A stretch of DNA of 64,000 bases from positions 70,496,001-70,560,000 of the forward strand of contig CM059432.1 of NCBI GenBank assembly GCA_030390025.1. The letters are read 5' to 3'. The position numbers and the translations under genes were made by a program. Of the stretch, positions 47,328 through 58,700 are shown in pieces (the stretch's first letter is position 1; every line of letters begins with the position of its first letter). The notes under the pieces are model-generated. The model was not told where the DNA came from and did not search any database. It saw only the letters and a program-made list of their open reading frames with translations. This DNA is from Squalus acanthias (Eukaryota).

Positions 47328-48891
47328 TATACAAACCTATGACTGTACAAACCTACCTGGACTTAGCTTTTTATCAACCAAAAAAAAGGCAAGCTTGACT
47401 ACATGAATTGGGTATACACACATTTCAGTATCTGTCTGTCTTTGGGGCTTCAACCACCTTGTATTAGAATGTGGAAATCAAACAAGGGTCAGCATAAGTA
47501 TTAACTCAAAAGCGAGAAGTGCTAAGTGAGATGGGCTATGAAATGTTTGTCTCTAATTAAGTGGTAGATTGAGCACTTGGATAACGCAAAAGATGTTTGC
47601 ACTTGAACTGCAGTAAGGCCAGTATCCTGTAGACTCCATTGGTAAGGTGACTGTCATATTTTGGGATTTCTGTCTATGCCACCAGAGGGGGGCTCTTGGT
47701 ATAATATATGTTAATACTGTTAAATTTGACTCTTATCAAAGGATTAAATTCACAGAACAGCAGAACTAGTAGGTGTAGATTAGGATTCAAATAAAATATT
47801 CTGACCAGCACACTCCAAACAATGAAAGTTAGTTTGAACATTTCAGTGATAGTTCACACCTATTCTGGTTGAGGTGATTTGCCTTATTTAAATTCAGCAG
47901 GTAGCTGCCACAGTAATCTGGTGAGATCTCATATCCTGGAGTCAAAATTAACAAAGGAGAGGAGAAAAAAAATCATGTTGAGATTCATTCAGGTCTAACG
48001 AAAGCTGCGAGAAGACAAGTCTTGGCCTGAGCTGACAAGTGAGTTTGTTTTCCTGGTTAGAAGCTGACAGGAAAGGAAATAAAGCGCAGTGAATATTCAG
48101 TCTGCTATCTGAGAGTGTGTATTTGTTGTTTTTGCGCTGTTATGGGGAGCATTCTGGGAGAAGTTTTAAAGTCTTGAATTGATACTTTTGTTCAGTCCTG
48201 TGTGTTCTGTAAAATAAACAAGCTTCTTCATTTGTCATTGACCTCATTCTACCAGTGTTCAGCAATTCTGCCTGTCAAAGGATTGGAGAAGGGCACATGG
48301 GGATATGCCAGCCAATTCATTTGCTAAGGAGGATGCATTGTTACATTCCCTAGGTTCTGCTAAAAGTAGATATTGGGCAGTCTAAGTCAAATCTAGCACA
48401 CAAGACATGTGGGGTCTGCTTATGGGAGCGGCTGACACCACTGATCCTGAGATGGTATCTACAACAGACCCTGAATTTGAAACGGTCATGGTGGGAAGTA
48501 ATATTCATGTACTTATTAAATAGCATTGTCTGGATTTGTTCCAAAGAAGAATATTTTAGTGTATTGATCCTTACATTCTTCTTCTTGGTTAATCTACCTA
48601 GGTATCTAATTAACCCAACCCTGCTTTTTAGCGCTGTAACCATCATATAGATTTAACCCTGGCCGGCCGGGTTTCACAGGCCTCAGGAAGCACAGCACCG
48701 CAAGGGAGGCGAGGACAGCTTCAAGAAAAAGATAAGTGCCCTTACAGCATGGCTTGTAGGCCGGAAGGAGCAGTAGTGCTTCCCCCAGCCCCTCAAGCTA
48801 CCTTCTTCTCTGTCATCGGAACCCCCCCCCCCCAAAACCCCATCCAAAGACAACCCCTAGGATTGGGGGTTACACACCTGTTTTACTCTTT

Positions 48892-49182
48892 ACAAAAATG
48901 AGAAGTCGCACAACACCAGGTTATAGTCCAACAGTTTTATTTGAAATCACAAGCTTTCGGAGCTGTTGCTCCTTCGTCAGGGTGAAGTAAAGAGATACAG
49001 AATCGCCAAAGCATATATAGTCTATATATGCTTTGGCGATTCTGTATCTCTTTACTTCACCCGACGAAGGAGCAACAGCTCCGAAAGCTTGTGATTTCAA
49101 ATTAAACTGTTGCACTATAACCTGGTGTTGTGCGACTTCTCATTTTTGTCCACCCCAGTCCAACACCGGCATCTCCGCATCG
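48892..49182. mobile_element. Palindromic Penelope pLTR insertion (second family)
   Basis: Arms 48892-49020 and 49022-49149 are near-perfect inverted repeats with a 1-nt spacer, plus a unique 3' extension to 49182. TSD ttactctttaca at 48883-48894 and 49183-49194. Confidence 0.88.
48948..48984 (-). ncRNA. Minimal type I hammerhead (core intact on - strand; + copy 49058-49093 reads CCGACGA)
   Basis: On -: cac-c-CTGACGA-A-ggagc-aaca-gctcc-GAAA-gctt-gtg; palindromic AGCT in place of stem III. Confidence 0.7.
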
Positions 49183-49578
49183 TTACTCTTTACAGGAAGC
49201 CTATGTTACTTCTGCAGGTGGACGTCAATTCCACTCAGCAAGGAAATGAGGTTAGAAAGCCGTATTTATTCATTTCAGGGGAAATCTCAGTTGCCAAATA
49301 CCTCCCACTGTGCTTTACCTAAGTATTAGACATGGCATCTACAATCTAGTGGGGGAGTATGATCCAGAGAGGGGAAACACTCGAGAAATGTAAAGTTATA
49401 AAACAGGCACCTAAAAGAAAATCCCAAAGAGTTTGTTATAAATTATTTGAATATTTCTAGTCCCTTTTTTTAACAGAAGGCGACTCAAATTTCCTGAAAA
49501 TAAGAGGGAAAAAACTTGAAGATAATTATTGTAAAATTTTTAACTAGTTATCTTACCTTATTAGCATAATTTCCTAAC

Positions 49579-52500
49579 CTAAGAACATAAGAATTAGGAG
49601 CAGGAGTAGGCCATACGGCCCCTCGAGCCTGCTCCGCCATTCAATAAGATCATGGCTGATCTTCGACCTCAACTCCACTTTCCCGCCCGATCCCCATATC
49701 CCTTGATTCCCCTAGAGTTCAAAAATCTATCTATCTCCACCTTGAATATACTCAAAGACTCAGCATCCACAGCCCTCTGGGGCAGAGAATTCCAAAGATT
49801 CACAACCCTCAGTGAAGAAATTCCTCCTCATCTCGGTCTTAAATGGCCTACCCCTTATCCTGAGACTATGCCCCCTAGTTGCAGATTCTCCAGCCAGGGG
49901 AAACAACCTCTCAACATCTACTCTGTCAATCTCCTTCAGAATCTTGTATGTTTCAATGAGATCACCTCTCATTCTTGTAAACTCCAGAGAGTATAGGCCC
50001 ATTTTACACAATCTCTTATCATAGGACAGCCCGCTCATCCCAGGAATCAATCTAATGAACCTTCGTTGCACTGCCTCCAAGGCAAGTATATCCTTCCTTA
50101 GTTAAGGAGACCAAAACTGTGCACAGTACTCCAGGTGTGGTCTCACCAAGGCCCTCTACAACTGCAGCAAGACTTCTTACTCTTATACTCCAACCCTCTT
50201 TCAATAAAGGTCAACATACCATTTGCCTTCCTTATTGCTTGCTGTACCCACATGCTAGCTTTCTGTGTTTCTTGCACGAGGACACCCATATCTCTCTAAC
50301 ACCAACATTTCAAAGTTTCTCACCATTTAAAAAATATTCTGTTTTTCTATTCTTCCTACCAAAGTGAATAACCTCACATTTCCTGACATTATACTCCAAC
50401 TGCCATCTTACTGCCCACTCATTTAATCTATCTATATCCCTTTGCAGACTCTGTGTTCTCATCACAGCTTACTGTCCCACCTAACTTTGTATCATCAGAA
50501 AACTTGGATACATTACACTCGGTTCCTTCATCTAGGTCATTAATATAGATTGTAACTAGCTGAGGCCCCAGCGGCATCCCACTAGTTACAGCCTGCCAAC
50601 CTGAAAAAGACTTGTTTATCCCTACTCTGTTTTCTGTCCGTTAACCAATCCTCTATCCATACTACTATATTACTCCCAACACCATGAGCTCTTATCTTGT
50701 GCAGTAACCTTTATGTGGCACCTTATCGAATGCCTTTTGGAAATCCAAATACGCTACATCTACTGGTTCCCCTTTATCCACCCTGCTCGTTACATCCTCA
50801 AAGAACTCTAATAAATTTGTCGAACACGATTTCCCTTTCATACAATCAAGCAGAGTCAACATGGTTTTATCATGATTTTCTAAATGTCCTGCTACTACTT
50901 CCTTAATAATGGATTCCAGCATTTTCCCAATGACAGATGTTAGGCTAACTGGCCTATAGTTTCCTGCTTTCTGTTTCCCTCCTTTCTGGAATATGGGCGT
51001 TATATTTGCAGTTTTCCAATCCGCTGGGACCTTTCCAGAGTCTAGGGAATTTTGGAAGATTACAACCAATGCATCCACTATCTCTGCAGCCACTTCTTTT
51101 AAGACCCTAGAATGCAGGCCATCAGGTTCAGGGGACTTGTCAGCCTTTAGTTCCATAAGTTTGCCTAGTACTTTTTCTCTAGTGACAGTGATTGTTTTAA
51201 GTTCCTCCTTCCATTTTGCCCCTGGATTTTCCACTATTATTGGGATGCTTTTAGTGTCTTCTACTGTGAAGACAGATACAAAATATTTGTTCAAAGTCTC
51301 TGCCATTTCCTTATTAATTCCCCAGTCTCATCCTCTAAGGACCAACGTTTACTTTAGCTACTCTCTTCCTTTTTATATACTTTTAGAAGCTCTTACTGCC
51401 TGTTTTTATATTTCTTGGTAGTTTGCTCTCATAATCTATTTTCTCCCTCGTTATTTTTTAGTCATCTTTTGCAAGTTTCTAAAAATTTCCCAATCTTCTG
51501 GCCTACCACTAATCTTTGCAACATTGTATACCTTTTCTTTCAATTTGATACCCTCCTTAACTTCCTTAGTAAGCCACGGATGGTTCATCCTTCTCATAGT
51601 CTTTCTTTCTCACTGGAATATATCTTTGTTGAGAGTTATGAAATATCTCCTTTAATGTCTGCCACTGCTTATCTACCATCTTACCTTTTAATCTATTTTC
51701 CCCAGTCGACTTTAGCCAACTCTGTCTTCATACCCTTGTAATTGCCTTTATTTAAGTTTAAGACACCAGCTTCAGACCCAAGTTTCTCACCCTCAAACTG
51801 AATGTGAAATTCTATCATGTTATGATCACTTTTCCCGAGAGGATCCTTGACTATAAGATCATTAATTAATCCTGTCTCATTACACATTATCAGATCTAAA
51901 ATAGCCTGTTCCCTGGTTGGTTCCACAATGTATTGTTCTAAGAAACTGTCCTGAATACACTCTAGGAACTCGTCCTCAGGCTACCTTTGCCAACTTGATT
52001 TGTCCAATCTATATGAAGATTAAAATCGCCCACGATTATTGCAGTACCTTTCTTACAAGCCCCCATTATTTCTTGATTTATAATCTGTCCCACAGTGTAG
52101 CTACTGTTAGGGGGCCTATAGACTACTCCTACCAGTGACTTCTTTCCCTCATTATTTCTTATCTCCACCCAAACTGATTCTACATCTTGATCTTCTGAGC
52201 AAAGATAATTTCTCACTACTGTACTGATCTCATCCTTTATTAACAGAGCTTCCCCACCTCCTTTTCCTTTCTGCCTATCCTTCTGAAATGTCAAATACTC
52301 CTGAATATTCAGTTCCCAGCCTTGGTCACCTTGCAACCACGTCTCTCAGATCATACCCAGTTATTTCTATTTGTGCCGTCAATTCATCTATCGTGTTACG
52401 AATGTTGCGTGCATTCAGATAAAGAGTCTTTAATTTTGTCTTTTTACCATTTTTCCCTTCTCTGACCCTATTTGCTGGTGCACTCTTATGCTTGTACGCT

Positions 52501-53845
52501 CTGTCGCTTCCTGTCACACTCTGGTTATCCATTACCCCTATCGCTACCTTGAACTATTGTCTTGTCCCTTCTCTTTAAATTTCTAAGTTTCCCCTCACCT
52601 GAACCCTCCCCCCCACTATTTAATATAAAGCCCCTATCTACAGCCCTAGTTATTCAATTCACCAGGACACTGGTCCCAGCACTGTTCAAGTGAAGCCTGT
52701 CCCAGTGGAACAGCTCCCTCTTTCCCCAGTACTGGTGCCAGTGTCCCATGAATCGAAACCCATTTCTCCCACACCAATTCTTGAGCCACGCATTCAACTC
52801 TCTGATCTTAGTGACCCTATGCCAATTTGCTTGTGGCTCAGGTAGTAATCAGAGATTATTACCTTTGTGGTTCTGCTTTTTAATTTAGCCCCGAGCTGCT
52901 CATACTCCCTCAGCAGAACCTCTTTCTTAGTCCTACCTATGTCGTTGGTACCTACGTGGACCACGACAACTGGATCCTTCCCCTCCCACTCCAAGTTCCT
53001 CTCCAGCCTCGAAGAGATATCCTTAATCCTGGCACCAGGCAAGCAACACACATTCGGGACTCACACTCTCGGCTGCAGAGAACAGTATTTATCCCCCTAA
53101 CTATACTGTCCCCTACCACTACTACATTCCTTTCTACTCTCCCAACTTGAATGGCCCCCTGTACCATGGTGCTGTGGTCAGATTGCTCATCTTCCCTGCA
53201 GTCCCTACTCTCGTCCACACAGGCTGCAAGAACCTCGTACCTGTTGGACAAGTGTAAGGCCTGAGGCTCCTCCGATGCTACCTTCTGGATCCCCATACCT
53301 GCCTCATTCGTAGTCACACCCTCCTGTCCTTGACCACAGACCAAATCTGAAGTATTTAACCTAAGGGGTGTGACTGCCTCCTGGAACAAAGTGTCCAGGT
53401 AAATTTCTCCCTCCCTGATGTATCAGTGTCCGAAGCTCAGACTCCAGCTCATCAACTCTGAGCCGAAGTTTCTTGAGCTGCAGACACTTACTGCAGATGT
53501 GGTCGCCCTGGATCACACTGGTGTCCACCAGCTCCCACATGCTACAGCTGCAACACATCACCTGCCCTGCCATCTCTATTGTATTTTATTTAACTAATTA
53601 GGTTTTCAAGTTTTGAAATACTCAATTGTCTATTAATAGTTTTTAATCTAGGTAATAACCTTGTTTAATTTATTAAATTTAGTTGTATGCTTTAGGTCTT
53701 TACTGTAACTTAGTCCACAGTCCTAATTTAATCCTAGTTGTTTATATTTTTATGTATCAAGCAGCATTTCTTATCCCCACCTCACCAAATTCACTTAATC
53801 ACCAAATTCCCGTGTTTAGTAGTCTGTTGAAGCAGAACTCCGTAG
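49579..53845 (-). mobile_element. Near full-length CR1 LINE (ORF1 zinc finger plus esterase; ORF2 EN-RT), decayed
   Basis: ORF1 MAGQVMCCSCSMWE... (53573), VGDSIVRG, HVGTNDIG; ORF2 pieces 52532-49760; tail aagaacataagaa at about 49580. Confidence 0.92.
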
Positions 53846-56800
53846 AACAATGGATTCCAGCATTTTCCTGACGACTGATGTCAGGCTAACTGGCCTGTAG
53901 TTCCCTGTTTTCTCTCCCTCCTTTCTTGAATAGCGGTGTTACATTTGCTACCTTCCAATCTGCTGGGACCGTTATAGAATCTAGGGAATTTTGGAAGATC
54001 AAAACCAATGCAATCACTATCTCTGCAGCCACCTCTTTTAGAACCCTAGGATGTAGGCTGTCGGGTCCAGGGGATTTGCCGGCTTTTAGCCCCATTAGTT
54101 TCTCTAGTACTTTTTCTCCTCTTATATTAATTACGTTAAGTTCCTCACCCTCATTAGACCCTTGGTTCCCCACCATTTTTGGTATGCTTTTTGTGTCTTT
54201 TACTGTGAAGACAGATACAAAATATTTGTTTAACATTTCTGCCATTTCCTTATTCCCCATAATAATTTCTGCTGTCTCAGGCTCTAAGGAACCAACATTT
54301 ACTTTTGCTACTCTCTTCCTTTTTACATACTTGTCGAAGCTCTTACAATCTGTTTTTATATTTCTTGCTAGTTTTCTCATTTTATTCCCTTTTTATCAAT
54401 TTTTTGGTCCTCCTTTGCTGGTTTCTGAAACTCTCCCAATCCTCAGGCTTACTACTATTCTTTGCAACATTATGAGAGTCTTCTTTCAATCTAATGCTAT
54501 CCTTAACTTCTTTAGTTAGCCACGGATGGATCACTTTTCCCGTGGAGTTTTTGTTTCTCAATGGAATGTATTTTTGTTGAGAATTATGAAATATTTCTTT
54601 AAATACCAGCCACTGCTTATCTACCGCCATACCTTTTAATCTATTTTTCCAATCTACCTTAGCCAACTCGCCCCTCATACCTATGTAATTGGTTTTATTT
54701 AAGTTTAAGACTCTAGTTTCGGACTTAGGCAAGTCACTCTCAAACTTAATGTGAAATTTTATCATATTATGATCACTCTGCCCCAGAGGATCCTTTACTA
54801 TGAGATTGCTAATTAACCCTCTCTCATTACAGAATACAAGATCTAAAATAGCCTGTTCCCTGGTTGGTTCCATGACACATTGTTCTAGAAAACAGTCCCT
54901 AGTGCATTCCATGAACTCGTCCTCCAGACTACCTTTGCCAATTTGATTTGTCCAGTCTATATGAAGCTTAAAGTCCCAAACAATTATTGCATTACCTTTG
55001 TTACAAGCTCCTACTATTTCTTGATTAATATTCTGTCCAACAGTATAGTTACTGTTGGGGGGCCTATATACTACTCCCACCAGTGTTTTCTGCCCCTTGT
55101 TATTCCTTATCTCTACCCATACTGATTTACTTCCTGATGTTCTGAGCCGAGATCTTTTCTCTCTACTGTCCTTATGTCATCCTTTATTATCAGGGCTACC
55201 CCCCCCCCCTTCTTTTCCATTCTGCCTGTCTTTTTGAAACATCAAGTACCCTGGAACATTTAGTTCCCAACCTTGGTCACCTTGCAACCACGTCTCTGTA
55301 ATGGCTATTCGATCAAACCCATTTATCTCTATTTGTGCCATTAGTTTGTCTATCTTATGAATGCTTTGTACATTCAGATAAAGAGCCTTTAATTTAATTT
55401 TTTTTAACCAGTGTTCCTTGCTTTGACCTTGATTTCTGCTGCACTGCTACCATTGAACTCTCTGTCCCTTCCTGTCACACTCTGCTTATTTCTACCCAAA
55501 TCGCTACACTGCTCTATTGCCTTGACCTTTCTCTTTAGATTTCTAAATTTCCCCTCACCTGACCCCTCCCCCCCACCTTTTTCAGTTTAAAGCCCTATCT
55601 ACAGCCCTAGTTATTCGATTCGCTAGGACGCTGGTCCCAGCCCGGTTTAAGTGGAGCCCGTCCCAATGGAACAGCTCCCTCTTTCCCCAGTACTGGTGCC
55701 AGTGCCTCATGAATTGAAACCCCTTCTTCCCACATAATTCTCTGATCTGCTTGACCCTTTGCCAATTTGCACGTGGCTCAGGTAGTAATCCAGAGATTAT
55801 TACCCTTGAGGTTCTGCTTATTAATTTAGACCCTAGCTCTTCAAACTCCCTCAGCAGAACCTCATTCTGAGTTCTATCTGTCGTTGGTTCCTACATGGAC
55901 CACAACAACTGGATCCTCACCCTCCCACTCCAAGTTCTTCTCCAGCCGCGGGGAGATATCCTTAACCCAGCCTCAGGGACTCTCTTTCGTGGCTGCAGAG
56001 AACAGTATCTATCCCCCTGACTATACTGCCCCCCTCCCACTACCACATTCCTTCCTTCTTCCCCCCCCCCCCCCCCCCCGCCCCCCACCACCTGGATGGC
56101 CCCCTGTACCACGGTGCCATGGTCAGTTTGCCCATCCTCCCTGCAGTCCTTTTCCTCATCCACACAGATAGCAAATACATCGTACCTGTTGGACAAGGTC
56201 AAGGGCTGAGGCTCCTCCATCACTATATCCTGGGTCCCCATACCTTCCTGACTCGCGGTCACACCCTCCTGTCGCTGACCATTGACTAACTCTAAAGTAC
56301 TGCTTAACCTAAAGGGTGTGACTGCCTCCTGGAACAAAGTGTCCAGGTAACTCTCCCCCTCCCTGATGCATCGCAATGTCTGCAGCTCGTACTCCAGCTC
56401 AATAACTCTGAGCCGAAGTTCCTCGAGTTGCAGACATTTACTGCAGATGTGGTTGCTCGGGATCACGATGCTCTCCACAAACTCCCACATGCTGCAGTTA
56501 CGACACACCACCTGGCCTGCCATCTCTAACCTTGTTTTATTTATTAATTAATTAGTTAAAGCTTTTATTAAATTGATATTTTAGTTTTATTGTTTATTTT
56601 ATCTAGTTTATTAATTTAATAAGTATTAGCAAGTTACAGTTTCTCAGCTCTTAATTTAACCCCTTCCCTAACTTAGAGAGCAAAAAAAAGCTGTAATCCT
56701 CACCAACCAATCACTTACCTGTTCTCCTGTGATGTCACTCTTTGATTTTTTTTTGTTGTTTCTGAATCGGAGCCTCGCGCTGCCGCTGCTTTAATTCAGG

Positions 56801-57894
56801 TCCGCTCTCGGGCCGCTCTTTATCCTCTCGCCGCTGCTTTAATTCAGGTCCACTCTCGGTCCGCTCTTTATTCTCTCGCCGCTGCCTTAATTCAGGTCCG
56901 CTCTCGGGCCGCTCTTTATTCTCCTGCCGCTGCTTTAATTCAGGTCCGCTCTCGGGCCGCTCTTTATTCTCTCGCCGCTGCCTTAATTCAGGTCCACTCT
57001 CGGTCCGCTCTTTATTCTCTCGCCGCTGCCTTAATTCAGGTCCACTCTCGGTCCGCTCTTTATTCTCCTGCCGCTGCTTTAATTCTGGTCCGCTCTCGGT
57101 CCGCTCTTTATTCTCCTGCCGCTGCTTTAATTCTGGTCCGCTCTTTATTCTCCTGCCTCTGCTTTAATTCAGGTCCGCTCTCGGGCCGCTCTTTATCCTC
57201 TCGCCGCTGCTTTAATTCAGGTCCGCTCTCGGGCCGCTGTTTATTCTCCTGCCGCTGCCACTGCTTTAATTCAGGTCCACTCTCGGTCCGCTCTTTATCC
57301 TCTCGCCGCTGCTTTAATTCAGGTCCGCTCTTGGTCCGCTCTTTATTCTCCTGCCGCTGCTTTAATTCAGGTCCGCTCTCGGGCCGCTCTTTATTCTCCT
57401 GCCGCTGCTTTAATTCAGGTCCGCTCTCGGGCCGCTCTTTATTCTCCTCGCGCTGCCACTGCTTTAATTCAGATCCGCTCTCGGGCCGCTGTTTATTCTC
57501 TCGCCGCTGCTTTAATTCAGGTCCGCTCTCGGTCCGCTCTTTATTCTCTCGCCGCTGCCTTAATTCAGGTCCACTCTCGGTCCGCTCTTTATTCTCTCGC
57601 CGCTGCCTTAATTCAGGTCCACTCTCGGTCCGCTCTTTATTCTCTCGCCGCTGCCTTAATTCGGGTCCACTCTCGGTCCGCTCTTTATTCTCTCGCCGCT
57701 GCCGCTGCTTTAATTCAGGTCCACTCTCGGTCCGCTGTTTATTCTCTCGCCGCTGCCTTAATTCAGGTCCACTCTCGGTCCGCTCTTTATTCTCTCGCCG
57801 CTGCTTTAATTCAGGTCCACTCTCGGGCCGCTCTTTATTCTCTCGCCGCTGCTTTAATTCAGGTCCGCTCTTTATTCTCTCGCCGCTGCCGCTG
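53846..57894 (-). mobile_element. 5' half of a second CR1 (same subfamily as the 5-14.7 kb copy) with a tandem-repeat 5' end
   Basis: ORF1 55891-56523 (MAGQVVCRNCSMWE...), EN 54382-55080, linker 53886-54380; breaks at aacaatggattcc. Confidence 0.88.
56783..57894. repeat. 48-bp tandem repeat (about 23 units) at the CR1 5' terminus
   Basis: Unit ccgctgctttaattcaggtccgctctcgggccgctctttattctctcg with minor variants; no unique spacers. Confidence 0.95.
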
Positions 57895-58054
57895 TTTTGA
57901 AAATAGCTATTTGTTTTGAAATTATTTGCTTTTTAAGAACCTACCTATATTCTTTTAAATATCAAATGAACTCTTGTTGCATTCTGCTGATGCTTGTTCC
58001 GTTCCTCAATTAAACAAGACAGCCCTTGTAATAATAGCCCCATCTAAATATAAC

Positions 58055-58700
58055 GGGGTAGATTTTCTGTTGGGTTGCACTGGTTTTTCCAGCACAATTT
58101 GCCTGAAATCAGCCAAACCACAGAACTAGCCACGCCCCCAGATCGATTAATCACCATGGTGAGTTTCCGTTTGCGAGGCTTCGAGGAGGCTCTTAAAATT
58201 AAGCTGTTTTACTTTAGGTGGAAGGACACTAATAGGCACCTTTTTAAAAGCTTTTAAATATTACAAATATTTAATATACTAAAACTGACTACTGTACACA
58301 AATGAAACTATTAAATGGTTTTGTTTAGTTTTTTTTAAGTAATTTTCAGTTATTTCAAATCGTGTTACTCACAGGTGGAATAGACACTGATTAAAAATGC
58401 TTATTTTTTGTGATAAACCCATTTTTAGCTGTATTAATAAACTGCGCCAGCTTACCACTCAAACATATCAAGAAATATTTTTTAAAAGCAAGAAAAAAAA
58501 ATTACGTTCTAAAACGCTATTCTATTGCATTGGTTCATGGATAATTTTGCATTCGGTGATATGCAAATGAGCATGAGCAGAAACTGGAGCAAAAAATTTC
58601 ACTTCTTAAAACTATCGCAATTTTGAGCACAATTTGCGCCCGGATTGCTGATTGCACCCAAAGCGGAAACTCTACTGGAGTATTTTAAGAATCCTGTAAA
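58055..58700. mobile_element. Probable decayed Harbinger-type MITE (right end uncertain)
   Basis: Starts ggggtagatttt; AT-rich centre with GC-richer arms, like 28198-28919. Confidence 0.4.

Noticed and set aside
48645..48875. GC-rich fragment resembling a MITE end (also about 4080-4300)
   Set aside because: No matching TIR pair or TSD could be defined.
56783..57894. Possible CRISPR array, and the 189-aa ORF 57331-57900
   Set aside because: Units are contiguous with no unique spacers, there are no cas genes and the context is eukaryotic. The ORF is only the 48-bp unit read without stops.
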